A stretch of 64,000 bases of DNA, taken from Mizuhopecten yessoensis (lineage: Eukaryota). The notes under the pieces are model-generated. The model was not told where the DNA came from, ran no database searches, and saw only the letters and a program-made list of their open reading frames with translations. The position numbers and the translations under genes are program-made. The stretch covers positions 369,333 through 433,332 of the forward strand of contig NW_018408623.1 of NCBI RefSeq assembly GCF_002113885.1. Direction: 5' to 3'. Positions 27,901 through 36,035 of the stretch are shown piece by piece; the stretch's first letter is position 1, and the number at the start of each line of letters is the position of its first letter.

Positions 27901-30900
27901 GAGTTGTATTTTCGTTTTTATATTTATCGATTTTAACACTGCAAACTTGTCATATCAAAAGATTTTTCTATGTATTAAATGCGTCGGCTTACAAACAATT
28001 CGAGTGTGATTAAGTTCGATACGAGTATTTACATTGCTTGAGATGAGTTAAAAGGGATCGATTTTTACGTATACTTTATAATTACAGATAGTCAACGAGT
28101 ACAAAGATGTGGGAATAAAAGTGTTTCTAGCAGGTTTGAGAGGTGAGTAAAGAGCAGTAATATGTTAACCAGTGAAACAGAGAGTTAAAGTACCATGTAA
28201 AATAGTTCTATTGCTGGAGAGATTGGTAAAGAGCAGTAATATGTTAACCAATGAAACAGAGAGTTAAAGTACCATGTACAATAGTTCTATTGCTGGAGCG
28301 ATTGGTAAAGAGCAGTAATATGTTAACCAGTGAAACAGAGAGTTAAAGTACCATGTACAATAGTTCTATTGCTGGAGAGGTTGGTAAAGAGCAGTAATAT
28401 GTTGACAGTCAACAACAATTACAAATAACATACACACTAATTGTAATTCTTGCAGTTAGATATAGAGAGATAGATAAAGAAAAATGGTAAAGTACACGTG
28501 AAACAGAGATTACAAGTACGATGTACATTGATAATGTATTATGAATACTTACTACATAAAATTTTAATCCTTGCATGGATTTGAAATTGATATAACAATC
28601 ATCATATGATTCGTGATGAATTTTACATTAAATGATAAATGAGACTGTTAGTTCCCCGATATTTCAGGTAAATGTGACAGTTCGGCAATTAAAATGTCAC
28701 AAAATTAATATTAAAACACATTGATAGTGCGCTCTATCGATTCCCCTCCTAATTCCAGATGACATGCATATTGATAATTGATGTATAATACGTATACTTA
28801 TATTTCTATAACTTATTTAATTTCATAGATGATTATAACGGTTAATCAAGCGGCGTTAAGTTCAAATTAGTGTTAGTATAATTCGTTATTGTGTAATGAA
28901 TGGAACAGTCTAAGTTTTAAAAAGTGGTCTATGGACTCCTGGCTGATATGAATGCCATGTGAATTAGATAGAGGTATTCCGTCTTTGCGTATTGCAGAGT
29001 TATCTTATCTTGTGAGCAGGGATTGATTGTTACGTCATTGGTTTGTGTGAGAAAATTACGTCGTTTTCTCAAAAATTGATGACGTTACTCTCACAAACAA
29101 GTGACGTAACAATCAATACCTGCTCCCAAGAGAAGATAGCTCTGCAATACGCAAAGACGGTATAGCGTAGCAATGTCATAGAGTGGTGAACAGAACGATA
29201 TGCATATTCAAGGCTAGTTGAATACCTTTCTGAAGTTCCTAAAATAATTGACATAAACAGTAGCTAAATAGTTGCCGTTGTTGTTTCTAATGTGGCTGTA
29301 GTAGTTTATGAAGTCAGTGCATTACCGGTGGTTTCTATTTCACATTATGATTTTCTTCAGAGGACGGACGGAACATCCTAAAGAAGGCCGACTTTTACCA
29401 CGAAGTCGAGTACAACTGTCTGTATTACACTGTACACGAGGCTGTAGTCATATCACAGGAAATCCATGCACATGTATGTATCTAGTCTTCTATGTTACAC
29501 TGTACACGAGGCTGTAGTCATATCACAGGAAATCCATGCACATGTATTTATCTAGTCTTCTATGTTATCACAGGAAATCCATGCACATGTATTTATCTAG
29601 TCTTCTATGTTATCACAGGAAATCCATGCACATGTATTTATCTAGTCTTCTATGTTATCACAGGAAATCCATGCACATGTATTTATCTAGTCTTCTATGT
29701 TATCACAGGAAATCCATGCACATGTATTTATCTAGTCTTCTATGTTATCACAGGAAATCCATGCACATGTATTTATCTAGTCTTCTATGTTATCACAGGA
29801 AATCCATGCACATGTATTTATCTAGTCTTCTATGTTATCACAGGAAATCCATGCACATGTATTTATCTAGTCTTCTATGTTATCACAGGAAATCCATGCA
29901 CATGTATTTATCTAGTCTTCTATGTTATCACAGGAAATCCATGCACATGTATTTATCTAGTCTTCTATGTTATCACAGGAAATCCATGCACATGTATTTA
30001 TCTAGTCTTCTATGTTATCACAGGAAATCCATGCACATGTATTTATCTAGTCTTCTATGTTGCCTACAAAAAAGGAAACACAATATTAACATATTTAAGG
30101 ATGACAACTAAATTTAATGAAATATGAAACAGTTCATTCTAGATTTGTATCAAGTTCCATTGAGGTATAAACCCCAGTATCACGACATAGGAATCCCTTT
30201 TTTAAATACTTGGTTTTGTTTGCAATTATGGACATATGACATGAAACGTGTAGAACGAAAATGTAAGTTTGCTATAAACATAAACCGAAGTCACAGTATC
30301 CCTATTAAAACTACACAAAAAAGCCATTTGATGATAAATATTAAAAAGCAAATTCTAGCCGTCAAATAAGCTTTGTTCATACTTGATATTTGAAAAAGTG
30401 GTGTCAATATTTGGCCCCCACTTTCATTTCTTTTATTCTTTTGCCATATGTAGATACATAAAAATGATCAATAACTGCATAAATGATTATTCATAACTAC
30501 TACTGATAACCTGAGGACCTCCTTGCATAACACCAGGTTAAATGACCGATACATATTGCAAGCGAATGTTATTTTGAAAATTAATAGTGACAGTGTATTG
30601 AGTATATAATTTCTGTTACTTTGATACTAAATGTGTCATATTGGTATACATGAGGTAAGCGTAGTGATACTTTTAATTAGGACAACATGCACATTTTCGC
30701 AAAATTTCAAATATAACCAACATTGTCAACTTGCCTATATACAGTTACAATGGTAGTCTATATTTGAAACTTCTTAAAAAATCTTCCCATATATGTATTC
30801 TGTCTACAGAATTATTTTTATATAATATCAAAACCGGTAAGGTACTTTTTTAGCATGCCAAACATGATCAATGCCCAATTTCACATAATCTTGAAGATTT

Positions 30901-32824
30901 GACTATCAATGTTTATTATGATAAATACCGATACATTTTCTGTTTTTGTATCATACCATAACACTTTATTATATTAAGCATGTTTTAAAGTTATGTGCAG
31001 CAGTAATAACTCATGAATTTCTATTCTGCCAAAGTAATCTTTCCTCTGGAGAGCTACTTAAGGTTGAGATTGTGTTATAGACACAGATATGCAATTATGT
31101 AAGAACAATAAAATAATCTTAATAATAAAACTATTATACACTTTACTATATCTCCCACAACGAAGTTAGGGGTGGGGGTATACTAGAATCAGCTTGTCTA
31201 TCCGTCTATCTGTCCGTAGAAAAAGTTTGTCCGGACAACTCCTTCTTAAATTATTGACAAAACCGGTTGTCAATTTTTTTGAAATTACTGATGTTAAAAG
31301 GTATTTTTGGTAGCCAACTTTTCAGAAGAAAAATAGACTAGTTTTAGAACTATATGAATTAACGTGTCAAAAATGGAAACGATCTCATTAGAAATGAAAT
31401 TTTACACACTTTTCTGCTTAAATCTTCAATAAAAAGAACAATTCTTTATTGAAATAGTGTAATGTTCGGAATAAAAATAACAGTTGGAATATGTTGCACA
31501 CGATGATGATATCATTTTATAGTAATCATGTCATTTAAATGCTCTAGGAGGAATTGTATTACCGCACCTTTAACACACACACAGGTGTAAGTCAATGAGG
31601 CCCCATTTATCATCAAATGAATTCTGAAACTAACTGTTCCTATTTAAGCTTCCTATACCCATACCTTTTTGGATTTATCTTGTTTTGAAATTCCAAGCGG
31701 GGGCCGACGCTAATGTTAAATCTCCCTAAGCGTTGACCCTACCTTTGAAAATAGCATCGTCTATAAATTGTAAAGCGTATCATGCAATTGTCAAGAAAGC
31801 TGTCGCCTAAATGTAGAATTCGGATCGTTTTGATATACTTAGCACTTTTGTGATAGCGACAGCGCAGACTTAGTAACGGTCGAATGAATTGAGCGACAAG
31901 ATTCTGTTTTGAAGTCAGTTACATTTTGGTTGTAGAATATTATTTCCACTTTGCGTTAAGTTTGAAACAAAGATCATGATGTGTTTCGTGATTCGCATAT
32001 TTGACCTAACGATGGGTATTGACGATCAGAGTGTAAAAGTTTTTATGTTAATTACGAAATAATTATGCATATTTAATTACAAAACATTGATATATTTATT
32101 ATACACGATTTCAGCTTGTAACGTCAGATCCCAAGTATCTTCAGATGGTAAAGCGAGAGTTCGGAGACACCTCTTCCTTTACTAATCTAACAACAGTGGG
32201 AGAGTCTTCCGAGGAAGTGGACATGACTACTCAGGTAAGATATTGGGTCTAGAAACACTCTTTAAAAATATTTGTTTTCGTTATTGTGTATCACATAATT
32301 TATTCGCAAAGATTCGAACTTGAAAGAATATTTTACTCTGGCGAAATAAAAAATGGGAAGATAAAAGAATTTGAAATCAATTCACCAAACAAATAATAAG
32401 AAAAAACCCATTTACACTATATAGCAAGAGACGATTAGTCAACAAGAGTGCTCTCCCTTTAAGCTATATTCCAGGGTATATGTTGAATAGTATATAATCA
32501 CATTCCTGAATCCAAGATAAACTGCATCTCTCCTCATGATAAATATTATAAAACGAAGATTTGTTTTTTAACTTAATACCATTCAAAACTTAGTAAACAT
32601 TTATATACATGCAGTGACTTTGGGAATTGGAATTCGCAAGAAATCAAGTTAAGACTTTGACAAACATACCAAAGCATTATTCATTACAACTATGATTCGG
32701 AAAAAAAATGAAAACAAAAATGAAATGCTTCAATGAAAGAGACATACATCCAGATATGTAGCAAACGTTATTTCACATCGTTTTTATGGTTGTAAATATA
32801 TTTATTTTCCTATTTCAGGTGTAA
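3639..32824 (+). CDS. SLC26: SLC26 family anion transporter (prestin/pendrin-like), spliced model, 821 aa
   Basis: join(3639-3945,4534-4644,7464-7750,8356-8520,9608-9769,10704-10786,11372-11519,14443-14556,14834-14911,17586-17681,24343-24449,24863-24932,26814-27041,27334-27549,28088-28142,29361-29473,32115-32234,32819-32824) = 2466 nt; all introns GT-AG with consistent phases. Motifs: [72 protein letters not shown] and [11 protein letters not shown]. Exact paralogue not assignable. Confidence 0.95.
3941..4400. repeat. decayed tandem repeat of the exon 1 donor junction (cacagggtac...)
   Basis: Recurrent acagggtac/acgggtac at ~4090, 4121, 4143, 4362. Confidence 0.55.
4534..4644 (+). CDS. SLC26: SLC26 exon 2 ([19 protein letters not shown]...KHISMG)
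   Basis: ttttag|GA ... ATGG|gtaagt; 111 nt, phase 1-1. Confidence 0.95.
4629..6720. repeat. 32-bp minisatellite containing the exon 2 3' end and splice donor (~65 units, three sub-families)
   Basis: aaacatatatctatgggtaagtttacacatca -> tgaacacattcctatgggtaagtgttgacctc -> taaacctgttcctgtgtgtaagtgttgacttg; period 4641/4673/4705. Confidence 0.95.
7464..7750 (+). CDS. SLC26: SLC26 exon 3 ([10 protein letters not shown]...VGVFQ)
   Basis: tttctag|GA ... CAG|gtgcgt; 287 nt; long TM3-TM4 loop with NSS/NVT/NAS sequons. Confidence 0.95.
8356..8520 (+). CDS. SLC26: SLC26 exon 4 ([10 protein letters not shown]...LRLIY)
   Basis: cacag|CTG ... TAC|gttagt; 165 nt. Confidence 0.95.
9608..9769 (+). CDS. SLC26: SLC26 exon 5 (FYRDFF...PIPIELIV)
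   Basis: tgcag|TTT ... GTG|gtaagt; 162 nt. Confidence 0.95.
10704..10786 (+). CDS. SLC26: SLC26 exon 6 (VIAATVIS...VVGMIPRG)
   Basis: ttcaaag|GTC ... GG|gtaagt; 83 nt, phase 0-2. Confidence 0.93.
11372..11519 (+). CDS. SLC26: SLC26 exon 7 (LPPAS...[12 protein letters not shown])
   Basis: ctcag|C ... CAG|gtacgc; 148 nt; not in the ORF track. Confidence 0.95.
11529..13957. repeat. 44-bp near-perfect minisatellite, 55 copies
   Basis: Unit tgtttgttactgcgtgtgattgtgtttgactaactgtcgagtta; starts ~10 nt after the exon 7 donor. Confidence 0.98.
14034..14260. mobile_element. MITE with TACTGTGAAAT...ATTTCACAGTA termini
   Basis: 11-bp terminal inverted repeat plus internal tttcgtggtt/aaccacgaaa; related relics near 43810-43910 and 58985. 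Confidence 0.75.
14443..14556 (+). CDS. SLC26: SLC26 exon 8 (ELVANG...[16 protein letters not shown])
   Basis: ttgtag|GAA ... CAG|gtaagg; 114 nt; contains the TM10 anion-site SLSRS motif. Confidence 0.96.
14834..14911 (+). CDS. SLC26: SLC26 exon 9 (MVGIFSS...GPMFSSLPN)
   Basis: tttcag|ATG ... AAC|gtaagt; 78 nt. Confidence 0.95.
17182..17271. other. GC-rich three-way-junction plus kissing-loop structure candidate
   Basis: Stems 17182-87/17239-44, 17192-201/17210-19, 17221-24/17232-35, 17251-56/17266-71; TGGAACG and CGTTCCA are complementary. Confidence 0.4.
17586..17681 (+). CDS. SLC26: SLC26 exon 10 ([18 protein letters not shown]...RDF)
   Basis: ttgacag|TGC ... TTT|gtaagt; 96 nt. Confidence 0.95.
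20398..20576 (+). mobile_element. SINE fragment, same 3' tail family as 1733-1853
   Basis: cacgtccttaaatgactttagctgttaattggacgttaaacaaaataaaaccaaacc. Confidence 0.75.
23930..24170. repeat. ~56-bp repeat resembling the exon 11 acceptor region (~4 copies)
   Basis: ttgattggtttttccttacacttattacgttacag|actgt versus the real ttgattggttgtcttaaaacgtattatgttacag|gctgt. Confidence 0.85.
24343..24449 (+). CDS. SLC26: SLC26 exon 11 (AVWFVTF...VRNSQK)
   Basis: ttacag|GCT ... AA|gtaagt; 107 nt. Confidence 0.95.
24863..24932 (+). CDS. SLC26: SLC26 exon 12 ([17 protein letters not shown]...Q)
   Basis: tttgtag|G ... CAA|gtaagt; 70 nt. Confidence 0.95.
25430..25770. repeat. 63-bp tandem repeat (~5 copies)
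   Basis: catgtaagtagtcttcattactttgccacacatatt... period 25490->25553; explains ORF 25430-25777(-). Confidence 0.9.
25771..26620. repeat. 28-bp minisatellite (~30 copies)
   Basis: Unit accatgtaccaagtatatctaaccacac. Confidence 0.93.
26814..27041 (+). CDS. SLC26: SLC26 exon 13 (STAS start, [22 protein letters not shown]...KDK)
   Basis: ccccag|GTA ... AAG|gtaggg; 228 nt. Confidence 0.93.
27334..27549 (+). CDS. SLC26: SLC26 exon 14 (KELERQ...[19 protein letters not shown])
   Basis: tacag|AAG ... CAG|gtaacg; 216 nt. Confidence 0.93.
28088..28142 (+). CDS. SLC26: SLC26 exon 15 ([18 protein letters not shown])
   Basis: ttacag|ATA ... G|gtgagt; 55 nt. Confidence 0.93.
28147..28403. repeat. 79-bp tandem repeat (3.3 copies) abutting the exon 15 donor
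   Basis: gtaaagagcagtaatatg at 28147, 28226, 28305, 28384. Confidence 0.92.
28975..29164. mobile_element. palindromic (fold-back) MITE
   Basis: ~75-bp arms: ccgtctttgcgtattgcagagttatc...ttacgtca / tgacgtaa...gatagctctgcaatacgcaaagacgg; TA-flanked. Confidence 0.85.
29361..29473 (+). CDS. SLC26: SLC26 exon 16 ([11 protein letters not shown]...[17 protein letters not shown])
   Basis: cttcag|AG ... CAT|gtatgt; 113 nt; STAS end motif TVHEAV. Confidence 0.92.
29426..30061. repeat. 45-bp minisatellite made of the exon 16 3' end and donor (12 intronic copies)
   Basis: tatcacaggaaatccatgcacat|gtatttatctagtcttctatgt at 29521+45n; the first duplication is 70 bp. Confidence 0.97.
31147..31250 (+). mobile_element. 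Helentron/DINE-1-like (HINE) 5' end relic
   Basis: tatatctcccacaacgaagttaggggtgggggtatact (subterminal inverted repeat) followed by a gtct/gtcc microsatellite, the typical HINE layout. Confidence 0.6.
32115..32234 (+). CDS. SLC26: SLC26 exon 17 (LVTSDPKY...DMTTQ)
   Basis: tttcag|CTT ... CAG|gtaaga; 120 nt, open, phase 0-0. Confidence 0.8.
32819..32824 (+). CDS. SLC26: SLC26 terminal exon coding part (V-stop)
   Basis: Strong acceptor ttttcctatttcag|GTG TAA; gives C-terminal TTQV. Confidence 0.7.
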   Translation: M

Positions 32825-34264
32825 ATCTCAGCCTTGGTGAACTAATGCTGGTTGTATGAACTCCTACAGAGTTACAACAATGGATACTTTTGTGTAAACA
32901 ATAAACAATGTGTCCGGTAATAAGCCCATTCGTGAATATTCCATGTTCAATGTATGATGTTGTCCCTGTGAAACAACTACCGAGACTCTGGCGAATTAGC
33001 ATTGACTGAAGAGGGGGAGTAAGATAGACAACTCCTTGATGTTTATAACGAATATGGTAAACTTCTACCTGCATCCTTGAAGCGATCAATATGTTCGTCA
33101 TTTTATAATGTTGCAGACGGACCTTTGAACCATGTGCCTTGATAAAATTAACCATTTGCTTAAGGAAAGTGAAGTGTGTAAAGGAAAATCTGTTTTATGC
33201 GTAATTTCATGTGTTATATATAAGCATTCATGAAGGACACGTTCGTCATAAAATGGGTTACATCGAACTCACTATATAATGAAATACATTCGTTACCCTG
33301 TTATGCAATTGTCCCTGTGTCCAGTATCACTATACATGTAATGTCCGGTGGGAAATAAAACACCACTCCATGTGTTAAACATGAGTATAGTGTTCACTAT
33401 TAAACAGATCATGAATTATTCATCTATCTTTATCAGATGTATATAAAATAATTTTGGTACATAATTATGTAGGTGTTAATGTTAAATACATAATCTGCTC
33501 AACTGTTAAAACCGTTAACCTACGATTACTAGAATATTTGATTACTTCAGACTGAGAAGCGTTAAATGTACATTTAGCGAGATGTGCTATTTTTTTTCAT
33601 TTGAATTGTTGATACCATGACACGACAGTAAGGGAATACATGTAGAGTTTGTGCAGGTTTTTAATTGTGATTTATAAATATACACTTTTTGCAATAGCTG
33701 TGTTCACTTCATGTTCACATCGATGTTATCCTGAATCTATGCACAATATCATTTTGTACAGTTTGATTAAACAACACTATCTACGAGATATTTTTCGTTT
33801 GAGTTTGATTATTTTAAGTGATGTTTTACTGAATAGAAACCCGAGTCTCAATATATCGAAAACTTCGTCTTAACATTTGGTTTCTGTTTGTATGTTTTCC
33901 TTAATTTTATTAATTAAGCGCCTGAAATTGGGCATGATGTTCTGCCTGAAATCTCCACATTAATTTACTATTGAGCACATTGGGATTTGTTTTTCGAACA
34001 CTTTTCTCAAAAATCCGTATTTTATCCATATAACTATGACCATGAAAGTATCTAACGACACGCTAATTGTTCAGTGATATTATAAAATCCCGATCTTGAA
34101 TGTTATATCAATTAAACTCCATTCCAGATAGTTTTTTCCTATACAAAGTATACGCCCGGAGCTCGTGTAAATCTGGCATATGTTGTAGACCGAAAGTGGT
34201 TTGCTCATCGCATCGTCTCGACACAGAAGCATATTTAAAATCACGGCATACCTTCACCATAGCT

Positions 34265-34327
34265 CGTCCTTAAATGACCTTAGCTGTTAATAGGACGTTA
34301 AACAAAATAAAACCAAACCCTACCAAA
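34265..34327 (+). mobile_element. SINE/LINE 3' tail fragment (third copy)
   Basis: cgtccttaaatgaccttagctgttaataggacgttaaacaaaataaaaccaaacc. Confidence 0.7.
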
Positions 34328-35689
34328 TCGTTGTTCAATATATCAACAGATTTTAGCTAGAAATTNCCCACCCCCCCACATTATCAAACCGGACATGAAA
34401 TCTTCAGATAACATCGAGCTAAGTGCATTTGACGAAAAGTGGACCCCCGTTTACTACAAATAGTAACTTGATATAATTATAATTGCGTGATTGACGTGAT
34501 TGACCAAATAGAAGTATCAATAACCGATTTTACTGGTGACATCGTGAGTCAGCAGGCACATATTGATACATTTAAGTTAATTCACTCCATGTATCTTCAT
34601 AAACGTTTCACTGTTTGTACACACAAACGTATCAAATATACAAAACAAGATGACAACCTTCACCTTTAAGGTTACCCGTGACAATAAACCGTCTGTGAAT
34701 TCATACAGTGTATATATGGCGATTAGAACAAGGACATGAACTGATTGCTGCTTTTGACAAATGAGGTGATGCGTGACAACAAAACAAAGAACTCAAGAAA
34801 GATATATTGATAAAACATAACCTCTCATCAACAATAACAGGAAGAAGAAGTAAGGAATCTTAAATATCATATTTTAGCAATCATTTACAACATGAAATAC
34901 GATGCAGTAATTCTACTCTGTGAGTGAACCTGCCATCATGGGAACATTCTCTATGTATTGTGAAGTAAAGTCTGCTTCTGTCGGGTCGCTTGTTAAAGCG
35001 TGAGAACTTTGGCAGTATATAATGCATAGATTGATATGACATAGTTTGAAACTCTTTTGAAAGTTTGCCAAGTCATTGAATGACCGGACTATTTGTTAAT
35101 TTTCAAAAGAAAGGACGACTTTTGAATTTACACACACTAAGTGTTGTTAAGGAGATATCAAACCTTGGTGTCCTGGTTACATGTAAGCGACCCGTAAATA
35201 AACATGTTTAGAACAAAGATTGTAACAAAAATGGCTTGCGAAGTGATACACATCTTGTTTTCACGCTCGTATAATCGCCCAACCTGACACGGTATATACA
35301 ACAAAGAACAATTTAAAAAAGGTAACACTGGGATCAATATATGGACAGAAAATTCAGGGTAACAACTGGCTACGCCAAGATGTCATTTGAACATATTCTG
35401 TATAATAAAATTCGTACACTTAATAAAAAAGCACTCTTCAGTAAAAATGTTCCTGTAAAACAAATATAAACCATCTATTTATTTCTGATACCACCATTTT
35501 ATTCCAGACAAGACTAATAAAATAACAATATAAATAGCAATGGTTTATTTGCACAAAAAGCCTCCGGACCACCATTTTGACGTCAAACAATTGTACATGT
35601 ATATTCAAAGTAAATCTATTAGTTTTTTTTTTTTATATAAGTACAAAAATTGACAAGATAAAAGGATCTAAGAAAGGGTTTGGAGTTGA

Positions 35690-36021
35690 GCATTTTTTTT
35701 TGTCAACACGCGGGTGTTAAATGACTTTCAAAATGGCATGTCATTGTATAAACACGAACGGAAATGTTTCTACAAGCTCTGACCAGTTAACATGTCCCGG
35801 TATGCACCATTGCTGCGCTGCTATTTAAAGAGCCAGCGAATCAGTAGTCAATACAGGCCGAATTTGTATACCGTTAGGTCGGTTGAGTAAATTAGGGCAA
35901 TATACACTAGCACACCTATAATATGTGTGTTTTCCAGTGTTGCGATCTGGAGTTGTCATAACGAGCAAGGAAACAACAATCTTGTTGGCAGAGATTGAAG
36001 AGGATCCGCGATGTTGTGAAT
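35690..36021 (+). promoter_or_regulatory. putative promoter/5' UTR of receptor gene A
   Basis: Block shared with 51235-51560; TATA-like TATAATA at 35917-35923; uORF ATG TTG TGA at 36011. Confidence 0.4.
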
Positions 36022-36035
36022 ATGGCATCGGGAAG
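36022..36035 (+). CDS. receptor A exon 1 (MASG-R)
   Basis: ATG GCA TCG GGA AG|gtaaga; phase 2 matches the next exon; identical coding sequence in copy B. Confidence 0.7.

Noticed and set aside
29492-30127. 211-aa and 191-aa repetitive Cys/His-rich ORFs
   Set aside because: They are the two non-coding frames of the intronic 45-bp array; the SLC26 frame has a TAG in each unit.
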